NCBI GenBank assembly: GCA_963804015.1
Contig: CAWDOW010000014.1
Span: 171,128-235,127 of the forward strand
Origin: an uncultured Pseudomonadota bacterium
Lineage (GTDB): Bacteria > Pseudomonadota > Alphaproteobacteria > Rhizobiales > Xanthobacteraceae
DNA: 64,000 bases
Direction of reading: 5' to 3'
The notes beneath the pieces were generated by a model, which made no database searches, had not been told where the DNA came from, and worked only from the letters and a program-made list of their open reading frames with translations. Position 1 is the stretch's first letter. Every line of letters starts with the position of its first letter. This document shows positions 10,580 to 20,455 of this stretch, one piece after another. The position numbers and the translations under genes are program-made.

Positions 10580-11089
10580 TGCAATCTCCCTTCGCCGGGC
10601 TTGTCCGCGCCCAGCGACTTTTCCATCGTGGTATTGGCGAGCCATTCGTCGCCACGCAGAACGGTGTTGCGGCTCTGCGGTGCGTATCCGCGGCCCTTGA
10701 AAAATGACTCCGCGGTGTCGCTCGCGTCGACCGCAAGCTTCTTGGCGCCGCGACCGCGTGCAAGCTTCTCCAGCGCATCGACCAGCATCGAGGCTGCGCC
10801 CTGCCCGATCACGGCCGGATGCACATAAAGCATGTCGAGCTTGTCGTTGCCTTTCAGCGAGGCAAAGCCGATCGGCGCGCCGTCGAGCAGCGCCACCAGC
10901 GTGAGCTGCTCGCCGAGCGATTTGGCGAACGCCGCCTCGTCATCGGCCGCCGCCGCCCAGGCCTCGACCTGGGCATCGGAATAATCCTCCGGCCCAAGCT
11001 CCTCCACGCTGGCGCGGAAGATTTCCGCAAGCAGCGGCGCATCGTGCCGGCAGCATCGGCCGCATGGTGAGGGTGCCGCGCTCGCTCAT
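10576..11089 (-). CDS. GNAT family N-acetyltransferase (YafP-like; frameshift near 11045)
   Basis: DYSDAQVEAWA, LDMLYVHP..GQG, DASDTAESFFKGRGY; ATGA overlap with the cysS stop. Confidence 0.88.
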
Positions 11090-12434
11090 CGCGCAACCTC
11101 CCAGGTGGTGCCGTCCTTGGAATCCTTCAGCACGATGCCCATCGCGGCGAGTTCGTCGCGGATGCGATCGGATTCGGCAAAATTCTTGGCGGCGCGGGCG
11201 GAATTGCGGGCGGCGATGCGGCTTTCGATCTCGTCGCGCGCGAGCTTCGGTGCCGGCGCGTGGCGATCCTGCCAGGCCCGGAGTTCGGCCTCCCGGAATC
11301 CGAAAAAGGCCAGCGTGCCGGCCAGCGCCTTGCGTCCGGCGGCATTCTTCAAGGCATGCATCTCGGCAATGGCCTTCGGCGTATTGAGATCGTCCGCGAG
11401 CGCCTCGAGCACGGCCGGCGCCGGACGCGGATCGGCCTGCGCCGCCGCAACATCGAAGAAGCCGACCAGCGCCTTCTCGGCTTCCTGCAAACCCTTCACC
11501 GTCCAGTTCATCGGCTGGCGGTATTGCGTCGTCAGCATCGCCAGCCGCGCCACATCGCCCGGCCAGTCGTTCAGCACTTCCCGAATCGTGACGAAATTGC
11601 CGAGGCTCTTCGACATTTTCTCGCCTTCGACCTGCAGGAAGCCGTTATGCATCCAGACATTCGCCATCGACGCCGGTATGGAAGGCGCAGCGCGATTGCG
11701 CGATTTCGTTCTCGTGATGGGGAAAGACGAGATCGATGCCGCCGCCATGAATGTCGAAGGTCTCGCCGAGATGCTTCCACGACATCGCCGAGCATTCGAT
11801 ATGCCAGCCGGGACGGCCCGGCGTCGCGATGCCGGAAGGCGACGGCCAGGACGGCTCACCCTCCTTGCGAGGGCTTCCACAGCACGAAATCCATCGGGTC
11901 GCGCTTGTAGGGCGCGACATCGACACGCGCGCCCGCGATCATCTCGTCGAGCGGGCGCTTCGACAGCTTGCCGTAATCGGGCATCGAGGGCACGCTGAAC
12001 AGCACGTGATCCTCGGCGACATAGGCGTGTCCCGATTTCACCAGCCGCTCGATCAGCGTACACATCTCCTCGATATGTTCGGTCGCGCGCGGCTCGACGT
12101 CCGGCGGCAGGCAGCCGAGCGCTGCGACATCGGCCTTGAAATTGGCGTAGGTGCTTTCGGTCAACTCGCGAATGGAGATGCCCTGCTCGGCCGCGCGTGC
12201 GTTGATCTTGTCGTCGACGTCGGTGATGTTGCGAACGTAGGTGACGTGGTCGGCGCCATAGAGATGGCGCAGCAGCCGGTACAGCACGTCGAACACGATG
12301 ACGGGCCGCGCATTGCCGATATGGGCGAAGTCATAGACCGTCGGCCCGCATACATACATGCGCACGCGCGCCGGATCGATCGGCGCAAAGACGCGCTTTT
12401 CGCGAGTCAGGGTGTCGTAAAGCTTCAGTTCCAT
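11086..12434 (-). CDS. cysS: Cysteine--tRNA ligase (frameshifts near 11870 and 11670)
   Basis: [16 protein letters not shown] (HIGH), [34 protein letters not shown]. Confidence 0.95.
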
Positions 12435-12518
12435 CGAAAAGCGTTCCCCGGCCCTCGCTGGCCCTGGGCGTTCTCTTTATCGCGATGGACAAAAGACAGC
12501 CGCAGCCAGCGTCAGGCG

Positions 12519-12569
12519 CTAGCGAATAATCTCCCGGCAAATGCCGAAAATTGCGTTGCGGTCGGTCAT
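12519..12569 (-). promoter_or_regulatory. Putative leader peptide MTDRNAIFGICREIIR upstream of cysS
   Basis: 16-codon uORF with four ATT Ile codons and one Cys, followed by alternative complementary segments; starts 6 nt after a -10-like hexamer. Confidence 0.55.
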
Positions 12570-12575
12570 GGCCGG

Positions 12576-12604
12576 ACAATGATTAAGGCGGATCGGTCCG
12601 TCAA
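12576..12604 (-). promoter_or_regulatory. Sigma70-type promoter for the cysS-cimA operon
   Basis: TTGACG-N17-CATTGT on the minus strand. Confidence 0.5.
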
Positions 12605-12687
12605 GCCCGTGTTACGGGCCTGATGAATGGAGCGTTTCGACAGGTCCCGCCCCGGAGGGCATCCGGGACGGGCTGTTTTTCGTCGAT

Positions 12688-13323
12688 TCACTCGGCCGGG
12701 ACCGCGGCCGGACGTGTACGGGCATTGCCGGAGCCGGCGGGCGCGGTCGGATCGTTGCGGTCGGTGTCCGCCCGCCAGGGCCGCCAGCGCTCAAGCGCGA
12801 CCAAGCCGAGCACGATCAGCACCGCGACCGTCAAGGCCTGCACCACGAAGCCGCCGGGCAACAGATCGACCAGGGTGATCTTGCCCCAATTGCCGAGGCC
12901 TGCACCCGACCAGTCGAGCGAAGCATCGATCTGCTTCTGGTAGAGCCCGTAGGTATAGGCACCGACCAGCCCGCCTGCGATCACCGCCCAGGCATCCTTG
13001 TAGCCGGCGCCGATCTGCGCCAGCGCCGTCCCCGGACAGGCACCCGCGAATACGATGCCGACACCGAGCAGCAACCCGCCGACCACCATATTGCCGACCA
13101 AGGCCGCCTTCGCGCTGAGCTGCACGAAGCCGAATCCGTGCAACGCCGCGAGGATGACAAGGCCGGTTGCGACGGCGGTCAGCATCACCTTGAGCATGGT
13201 GAAATTGGTGAACTGAAACTGGCCGATCAGGAACGACGGCTCCATGACACGCGACTTTTCCAGAGCGAGCCCGAACAGGATTCCCATTGCAAGCCCGATC
13301 ACGACGGCAAGTGTGACACTCAT
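12688..13323 (-). CDS. YeeE/YedE family sulfur-compound transporter subunit (PmpB-like)
   Basis: GILFGLALEKS, GGLLLGVGIVFAGACPGT; multiple TM helices. Confidence 0.88.
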   Translation of the reverse strand: MSVTLAVVIGLAMGILFGLALEKSRVMEPSFLIGQFQFTNFTMLKVMLTAVATGLVILAALHGFGFVQLSAKAALVGNMVVGGLLLGVGIVFAGACPGTALAQIGAGYKDAWAVIAGGLVGAYTYGLYQKQIDASLDWSGAGLGNWGKITLVDLLPGGFVVQALTVAVLIVLGLVALERWRPWRADTDRNDPTAPAGSGNARTRPAAVPAE

Positions 13324-13335
13324 GACAGCCTCCTC

Positions 13336-13851
13336 TCAGGCGCGTTTCAGGAACAGCGACAACGCGATGCCGGCCGCGAACGTGGCGGTCATCGCAATCA
13401 TCGACGACACGGCGAGCTGCGACAGCCCGGACAGGCCGTGGCCCGACGTGCAGCCATTGGCGATGCGGGCGCCGAGCAGCAGGATGAAACCGCCGGCAAA
13501 GGCGACCACCAGACGCATCGGGAACGAACGCAATCCCATCACCCGACCCCACATCTCGGACATGGCCGGACGGGTGGTGCCCGCAAGGCGAACGGAGATG
13601 AAGGCGCCGATCGCAACGCCAGCCACAAGCGCCACCTGCCACCAGTCCTTCGGGGTGGAAACATGGGCCTTGAAATAGGGAATGAGCGATGTCGCGGGAT
13701 CGACGAATGACATCACCGATGCGGCGACAGTCACAAAGGACGACGACGCGCCGAGCGCGGTATTCATCAGCAGGAATGCCGGAATTTGTAAGAGCCCGAT
13801 CAGAATGCCCGCGGCATAGGGTGACCAGACCCGGTCGGTTAAACGAACCAT
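13336..13851 (-). CDS. YeeE/YedE family sulfur-compound transporter subunit (PmpA-like)
   Basis: WSPYAAGILIG, GARIANGCTSGHGLSG; strong AGGAGG RBS before ATG 13851. Confidence 0.9.
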   Translation of the reverse strand: MVRLTDRVWSPYAAGILIGLLQIPAFLLMNTALGASSSFVTVAASVMSFVDPATSLIPYFKAHVSTPKDWWQVALVAGVAIGAFISVRLAGTTRPAMSEMWGRVMGLRSFPMRLVVAFAGGFILLLGARIANGCTSGHGLSGLSQLAVSSMIAMTATFAAGIALSLFLKRA

Positions 13852-13892
13852 GACGCTCCCTCCTCCTTGTGACAGCGATGGACATTCCATAT

Positions 13893-13924
13893 ATTCATTG
13901 TTATGAATATTCAAGATTTTGAAT
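13893..13924. promoter_or_regulatory. Tandem ATTC-N8-GAAT operator boxes (SqrR/BigR-type)
   Basis: ATTC-ATTGTTAT-GAAT (13893-13908) directly followed by ATTC-AAGATTTT-GAAT (13909-13924), overlapping the regulator start. Confidence 0.75.
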
Positions 13925-14286
13925 ATAAAGCCGGCAGCGCGGCAGCCATGCTGAAGGCGCTGGGCTCGAGGCCGCGCCTGATGCTGCTGTGTCACCTTGC
14001 GAAGGGGGAGAAATCCGTCGGCGAGCTCGCCGCCCTGACCGCGCTTCGGATGGCCGCGGTCTCGCAAAATCTCACTGTACTGAAGTCGGAGCGGATTGTG
14101 GCCGCGCGCCGCGAAGGCACGACGATTCGCTACCGGATTGCCGACGAGACCGCGCGCGCGCTGATCGACGTGCTGTACCGCACCTATTGCAACGGTGCCG
14201 GGCGTGACGTAGAGGGTTCGCCCGCCCGGCAGCGAACGGACCGGCGGCGGCCGAAAGACAGACGTCCGGAGCGACGGAGCGGTTAA
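13903..14286 (+). CDS. ArsR/SmtB family repressor, BigR/SqrR-like persulfide sensor
   Basis: LKALGSRPRLMLLCHL, SVGELA, AVSQNL, LYRTYC: the two Cys sit at BigR/SqrR positions; divergent from the yeeE pair. Confidence 0.88.
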   Translation: MNIQDFEYKAGSAAAMLKALGSRPRLMLLCHLAKGEKSVGELAALTALRMAAVSQNLTVLKSERIVAARREGTTIRYRIADETARALIDVLYRTYCNGAGRDVEGSPARQRTDRRRPKDRRPERRSG

Positions 14287-14344
14287 TGAACCGTTAGCTT
14301 TTTCGGTCCAGTGTTAAGCATCCGTTTCAACTCTGAGTGACGCC

Positions 14345-14653
14345 ATGCGGTCGCTGCTTGCGATATTCGTGATTGCCGCCGCCTTTCTGGCCGCACCGGC
14401 AGCCCACGCCGAAAAGCGCATCTTCATCATCGCCAACAGCCCGGACGGTTACGGGGTCGACCGCTGCCTTGCCGGCGGCCAGGCCTGCGGTGCCGCGGCA
14501 GCGGCGGCCTATTGCCAGTCGAAGCAATTCACGGCGGCTTCGTCCTATCGCAAGGTGGATCGCGACGAGATCACCGGCGCGGTTCCGACCGGGGACGCGA
14601 CCTGCGGCCGCAGCGGCTGCGACGAATTCGTCGCCATCGAGTGCACGCGCTGA
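14345..14653 (+). CDS. Small secreted six-cysteine hypothetical protein
   Basis: Signal peptide ending AHA-E; six Cys; typical codon usage. Confidence 0.75.
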   Translation: MRSLLAIFVIAAAFLAAPAAHAEKRIFIIANSPDGYGVDRCLAGGQACGAAAAAAYCQSKQFTAASSYRKVDRDEITGAVPTGDATCGRSGCDEFVAIECTR

Positions 14654-14764
14654 TCGGCGCCGGTTTCTAAAGTTCCATCGGGTCTGTCGCGATCAGGCGT
14701 CCACGCTTGCCTCATGCAAGTACGGTCGGTAGGATGGTAAATCGCCACCCCCTGCACCGTCCTG

Positions 14765-17050
14765 ATGGTATTGCCGCCAAAGTCCAGCCAACGCACCGCG
14801 CGAGACGACCAGACTGCGCAGCGGGAATTGGCCTCCGCGGTGCGTCCGGTGCGACTGATGCTGGCGGCATCGATCATCGTTCCGATCGCGCTGTTCCTGT
14901 TCGCATCGTGGCTGTCGTTCGACCAGCATCTGTCGGGTGCCCGCGACCGCGTCCAGCGCAATCTCAACACGGTCTATGAACACGCCTTGAAAGTGTTCGA
15001 GACCTTCGAGCTGAGCGCGCGTTATCTCGACGAACTGACCGGCGAACTGAGCGACGCCGAGATCAGGAAGGACGAGGCCGAACTCAGCGGCAGACTGAAA
15101 TCGATCACCGACCGGCTGCCGCAATTGCGCGACCTCTGGGTCATCAGCGCCGCCGGCGAGCCACTGGTGTCCGGCACGGTCTATCCGATGCCGAAGATCA
15201 ATCTGTCGGACCGCGACTATTTTCGCGCGCAGAAGGACAGCACCAAGGCCGGCACTTATGTCAGCGAGGTGCTGAAGGCGCGCGCGGCCGATACCACCTT
15301 CTTCACGCTCAGCCGGCGACGACCGGACATCAAGGGCAACTTCGGCGGGGTGACCACGGTTTCGATCGCGCCGGAATATTTCATCAATTTCTACGCCAAG
15401 CTGCCGCCGCCCGGCGTGTTCGCGCTGATCCGCGACGACGGCGCGATCCTGGCGCGCTTTCCCGATCTTTCGACCCGGCTCGAAAAGCTTTCACCGGACA
15501 GCACGGTGATGCGCAGCATCGCGGCGCAGCCCACCGAAGGTTTCGCCACCGGCACATCCAACTTCGACGGCCTGACGCGGATCTTCGCTTATCGCAAGAT
15601 GCCGAACTACAACATCTATGTCGTCTCCGGCATCGACAGCGAGGTCGTGATTCGCGACTGGCTGAAGACCATGTCGGGCCATCTGATTTTCGGAGTACCT
15701 GCGACGCTGGCCATGTTCGGCCTCGCGCTGTTCGCGCTTCGCCGCACGCGCCGCGAGGCGCTCGCGCATTCGCAATTGCAGCAGGAAGTGACGCGGCGCG
15801 AGCAGACCGAACTCGCCCTGCATCAGGCGATGAAGATGGAGGCGGTCGGGCGGCTGACCGGCGGCATCGCGCATGACTTCAACAATCTGCTCACCGCCAT
15901 TCTGGGCAATGTCGATCTCGCCTTGCGCCGCGTCGGCGAGGGCGACGAGCGGATGAAGCGATCGCTGACATCGGCGCGGCAGGCTTCCGAGCGCGCCGCA
16001 AGCCTGGTGCAGCGGCTGCTCGCCTTCTCGCGGCAGCATCCGCTCGAAGTGAAGGCGGTCGATGTCAACCGCCTGGTGCGGGACATGTCCGAATTGCTGC
16101 GCCGGACCATCGGCGAAACCATCACGGTCGAGACCGTGCTCGCGGGCGGATTATGGAAGACCGCGGTCGATCCGAACCAGCTCGAAAACGCGGTGCTCAA
16201 TCTCGCGATCAATGCGCGCGACGCGATGAAGGACGGCGGCCGCCTCACGATCGAAACCGCCAACACCTATCTCGACGAGGCCTATGTCAGAGCCAACGGC
16301 CCCGATCTGTCGCCCGGGCAATATGTGCTGCTCGCGGTCAGCGACACCGGCACCGGCATGAGCAAGGACGTGACCGAGCGCGCATTCGAGCCGTTCTTCA
16401 CGACCAAGCCGACCGGCGCCGGCACCGGGCTTGGGCTCAGCATGGTCTATGGCTTCGTCAAACAGTCCGGCGGCCATGTCAAAATCTACAGCGAGCCGGG
16501 CGAAGGCACCTCGATCAAGCTGTATCTGCCGCGGCTGACGGATGAGAGCCAGGTGGAGCCGTGGATCCCGACCGGCCATGCCGAAAATGCCGAAGAAGAG
16601 GCCGCGCGGCATCCGGAAAAGATCCTGCTGGTGGAGGACGACGAGGAGGTCAACCGCTTCTCGAGCGAAGTCCTGCGCGACGAAGGCTATCAGGTGATCT
16701 CGACGCATGAAGGCGCGAGCGGCCTTCGGCTGCTCGACGCCAACCCGGACATCCAGATGCTGTTCACCGACGTGGTATTGCCCGGCGGGATGAACGGACG
16801 GCAGCTCGCCGACGAAGCGCGACGGCGGCGGCCCAATCTGAAAGTGCTGTTCACCACCGGCTATACCCGCAACGCCATCATCCATCACGGCCGGCTCGAT
16901 GCCGATGTCGACCTCATCACCAAGCCGTTCACCTCGGAAGCCCTGGTCCGCAAGGTGCGGCAAATTCTCGACATGGAAGCGAAGGACCCGGTGACGCGGG
17001 TCAGCGCAATTCTCGACAATATTAAAGACAAGCCGCAAAGCGGCGGATGA
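14765..17050 (+). CDS. Hybrid sensor histidine kinase (periplasmic Cache, HisKA, HATPase, receiver)
   Basis: Two TMs flanking a DRDYF Cache domain, GGIAHDFNNLL H-box, NLAINARDAM, FEPFFTTK..GTGLGL, receiver LLVEDD/FTDVVLPGG. Confidence 0.93.
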   Translation: MVLPPKSSQRTARDDQTAQRELASAVRPVRLMLAASIIVPIALFLFASWLSFDQHLSGARDRVQRNLNTVYEHALKVFETFELSARYLDELTGELSDAEIRKDEAELSGRLKSITDRLPQLRDLWVISAAGEPLVSGTVYPMPKINLSDRDYFRAQKDSTKAGTYVSEVLKARAADTTFFTLSRRRPDIKGNFGGVTTVSIAPEYFINFYAKLPPPGVFALIRDDGAILARFPDLSTRLEKLSPDSTVMRSIAAQPTEGFATGTSNFDGLTRIFAYRKMPNYNIYVVSGIDSEVVIRDWLKTMSGHLIFGVPATLAMFGLALFALRRTRREALAHSQLQQEVTRREQTELALHQAMKMEAVGRLTGGIAHDFNNLLTAILGNVDLALRRVGEGDERMKRSLTSARQASERAASLVQRLLAFSRQHPLEVKAVDVNRLVRDMSELLRRTIGETITVETVLAGGLWKTAVDPNQLENAVLNLAINARDAMKDGGRLTIETANTYLDEAYVRANGPDLSPGQYVLLAVSDTGTGMSKDVTERAFEPFFTTKPTGAGTGLGLSMVYGFVKQSGGHVKIYSEPGEGTSIKLYLPRLTDESQVEPWIPTGHAENAEEEAARHPEKILLVEDDEEVNRFSSEVLRDEGYQVISTHEGASGLRLLDANPDIQMLFTDVVLPGGMNGRQLADEARRRRPNLKVLFTTGYTRNAIIHHGRLDADVDLITKPFTSEALVRKVRQILDMEAKDPVTRVSAILDNIKDKPQSGG

Positions 17051-17071
17051 TAATTTGTCTCTCTTTGTCAT

Positions 17072-17269
17072 TTAGCTAGCGTGCGCCTGCTTCGCAAGCG
17101 CAATCGCCTCTTTCAGCACACCGATATCGCCGATGTGATTGGCGAGAATCAGCACGAGCTTCGCATCGAGCGACGCCGCCGCCTCTTCGCTGAGGCCGCG
17201 CCGCGCCTCGACCAGCATCACGAATGCGGTGTCGGGATCCTTGAATTGCGAGATGGTGACAAGCGGCAT
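17072..17269 (-). CDS. DUF2783 family small protein
   Basis: DPDTAFVMLVEARRGLSEE...DAKLVLILANHIGD..VLKEAIALA. Confidence 0.85.
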   Translation of the reverse strand: MPLVTISQFKDPDTAFVMLVEARRGLSEEAAASLDAKLVLILANHIGDIGVLKEAIALAKQAHAS

Positions 17270-17338
17270 TTGCATCTTCCTTCGATCGCGGACGAGCGCT
17301 GCAACCTCGATTGAGCGAATGGAACTCGTGTTCCGCGC

Positions 17339-17363
17339 GGAACCTTTCCGGCCGAAATGTGTT
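17339..17363 (+). promoter_or_regulatory. Sigma-EcfG (general stress response)-type promoter
   Basis: GGAAC-N16-TGTT, ending 35 nt before ATG 17399; consensus is GGAAC-N16/17-CGTT. Confidence 0.55.
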
Positions 17364-17398
17364 TCAGTCTGCCAGCCAACAGCCAAAAGGAATTCAGC

Positions 17399-17819
17399 AT
17401 GTCCGCAGTTGCCGTCAGCGCGATGTTCCGTGCCCATCCGGAACAACCGAGCCATGCCGATGCGATCGGCCGCTGTATCGATGCCTGTTCGGCCAGCGTG
17501 GAAACCTCGAACGCCTGCGCCGACGCCTGCCTCGCCGAAAAGGACATGGAGCGGCTGATCACCTGCATCCGTCTGAATCAGGATTGCGCCGCGGTCTGCA
17601 GCGCGACCGCAAGCATCATGTCGCGGGCCAACAAGATCGGTCACCGGCAGCTGCTCGAAGCGCAGCTGACCACCTGCATCGCGTTCTGCCGCGCCACGCG
17701 CCGCGGAATGCGGACGTCATGCGCAGACCCACAAGCATTGCGAAGTCTGCGCCAAGGCCTGCACCCATTGCGCCACCGCCTGCACCGAGATGCTCACGTC
17801 ACTGCGCATGCCGACCTGA
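17399..17819 (+). CDS. Four-helix-bundle copper storage protein, Csp3/DUF326-like (frameshift near 17698)
   Basis: Repeated CxxxC/CxxC motifs: CIDAC, ACADACLAE, CIRLNQDCAAVC, then ECGRHAQTHKHCEVCAKACTHCATAC; no signal peptide. Confidence 0.85.
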
Positions 17820-19450
17820 CCCCTGCTTGCGCGCGAGCGCACGGTCGCGGGCGGCCGCGATCTTGTCCGGCGTCGGCTTGCGCCAGCGTGCGCAAATATG
17901 CTGATCGGGCCGCAAGCAGATAGGCGGTGCCGGGAGCCGCGTCGAAGCGGCTGCCGAAATCGCCGCGCACATCGATCAGGTCGCGGCCGATCACGGTGAG
18001 CCCGATATCCGGCGGCAAGGCCGGTGCGGCTCCGTCGGCGACGTAGAGCAGCTCGAAGCGCGCCGGCAGACGCTCCAGCAGATGACAGGCGGCGCCTGCC
18101 GGCGTCTGCATGACCGCATCCGGCGGCGGCGCGCCGAGTTGCACGGACCGGCAAATGCTGTCCTCGTCCGGCGTTGATAGCGGCGTGTCGTAAACGGTCG
18201 CAACCGACAAGTCGTCCCGAATTCACCATGCGCCGGGCGAAGTCCGCATGCGGCGCCAGCGACAGCACCGCATTGCGCAGGGTGCGCTCGGCCGGCGAAC
18301 GCGGCGCGATGAAATCGGTCGAGCGGGTCGAATGCCCGATATTCTCGTCGGCCGCCTGCATGCGCTCGAGATCGTAGGAATCGATCAGGCTTCGCCGGCC
18401 TCCCCGTCCAGCACCGCCGCGAGTTTCCAGGCCAGATTTTCCGCATCCTCGACGCCGGAATTGGCGCCGCGCGCGCCGAACGGCGAGACCTGATGCGCCG
18501 AATCGCCGACGAAGATCACGCGCCCATGCACAAAGCGATCGATGCGCCGGCAATTGAACCGGTAGATCGAAACCCAGTCGACGCTGAAATCGCGCGCGCC
18601 CACCATCTTGCGGATGCGCGGCAGATAATTTTCCGGCTTCAGTTCGTGCTCGATATCGGCCTCGGGACCGAGCTGCAGATCGATGCGCCAGGATTCGTCC
18701 GGCTGCCGGTGCATCAGCGCCGATTGGCCGGAATGGAACGGCGGATCGAACCAGAAACGCCGCTCGGTCGGCAGGTCCTTCGCCGGCATGCGGACATCGG
18801 CGATCAGGAACTTCTCCTCGAAGGTGTGCCCCTTGAATTCGAGGCCCATCAGGTCGCGCAAGGTCGAGCGCGCGCCGTCGGCCGCGATCACCCAGGCGGC
18901 ATCGAGACGATAGGGCCCGTCCGGCGTGTCGATCGTGAGCGTCGCGCCGTCATTGCGCCGCTCGATGCCGCTGACGCGGTTGCGCCAGCGCAGGTCGATT
19001 TCCGGCACTTCGAGCACCCGATCGACCAGCGCCTTTTCCAGATAATATTGCTGCAGGTTGATGAAGGCCGGCATCTTGTGGCCGTCTTCGGGCAGCAGGT
19101 CGAAGGAATAGACCAGGTCGTCGCCGAGATAGACCTTGCCGAGCTTCCAGGTCACGCCCATCTGCGACGAGCTTTTCGCCGACGCCGAAGCGGTCCCAGA
19201 TTTCGAGCGCCCGCTTGGAATAGCAAAGCCCGCGCGAGCCCTCGCCGATCCGGTCGGCGTCGTCGAGCAGCACCGACGGGATTCCGCGCTGGGCGAGATC
19301 GAGCGCCATGGTGAGGCCGACCGGCCCGGCACCGACGATGACGACCCGATGGCGCGCGGGCGCCGCCGCATCCTGATCCGGCGAGCGCCGGTAGCCGAAA
19401 TGAAACAGCGACTTTCGTTCGTTGACGCTCACGGCTTGCCTCCCCGTCAC
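17799..19450 (-). CDS. FAD-dependent aromatic monooxygenase/oxidoreductase (several frameshifts)
   Basis: VVIVGAGPVGL, AFINLQQYY, IAADGARS, GDSAHQVSPFGARGANSG, C-terminal RPDQHICARW. Confidence 0.88.
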
Positions 19451-19462
19451 GTCGTTTCAGAC

Positions 19463-20415
19463 TTATCCCTGCAACGCGGCCCACATCTCGCGGTCGCGCT
19501 CGGCGGTCCAGATCACCGGATGATCGATGCCCTTGGCCTCGTCATAGGCACGCGCGACGTTGAACGGCATGCAATGCTCATAGATGGCGTAGCTTGCGAA
19601 TTTCGGATCCATCGCCTGACGCGCGGCCGCGAAGGCGTCCTTCAGCGACAGCTTCTTCGCGACGCTGTCCTTTGCCGAACCGTAGAGCGTCGAGAGAAAA
19701 TCGCGCGTGCCGTCGATGCCGTCGCGCACCTTGTCCGGGCGTTGCGAGCGCAGCCCCCCGTCCCGGCACCAGCGCATTGGCCTTGAATTCCGCGAGCCGG
19801 TCGAGCGTCTTCGGCCAGTCGGCCAGATGCGCGTCGCCGCAATAACAGGCCGAATGATATTCGACGAGATCGCCGGAGAAGACGACATTGGCATCCGGCA
19901 CCCAGGCGATCACGTCGCCCGCGGTATGGCCGCGGCCGATATGCATGATGCGCACCTCGCGCTTGCCGAGCCACACCGACATCTGTTTCTGAAAGGTGAC
20001 GGTCGGCCAGGTCAGGCCGGGAATGGATTCCACCGCGCGAAACAGGCGCGGGAAACGGCCGATCTCGGAATCCTTGTCCTGCTGGCCGCGCTCGACGATC
20101 AACTCGCGCGTCCCATCGGAGGCGAGGATTTCGGCATCCGCATAGGCCGAAGCGCCGAGCACGCGCACGGCGTGGTAATGGCTGAGCAGCACATACTTGA
20201 TCGGCTTGTCGGTGACCTTGCGCACGCGCTCGATCACCTCCAGCGCCATCACCGGCGTGGCCTGCGCATCGACCACCATGACGCCGTCATCGCCGACGAT
20301 GATCCCGGAATTCGGATCGCCCTGCGCCGTGAAGGCATAGAGGCCGCGGCCGATCTCGTCGAACGAGATGTACTTTCTCGGCGGTATCGCCGGTCGAAGC
20401 AAAGCCCTTGGCCAT
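19463..20415 (-). CDS. MBL-fold metallo-hydrolase (frameshifts near 20375 and 19740)
   Basis: GDPNSGIIVGDD, SHYHAVRVLGA, GRGHTAGD, FSGDLVEY, IWTAERD. Confidence 0.88.
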
Positions 20416-20455
20416 CTTCCACCCTGTCCGCCCGCTATGACTGCGGTCTCGTCTG

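Noticed and set aside
12605-12682. CTGATGA flanked by hairpins, resembling a hammerhead ribozyme core
   Set aside because: No stem II followed by GAAA on the same strand; the hairpins are better explained as terminator-like structures.
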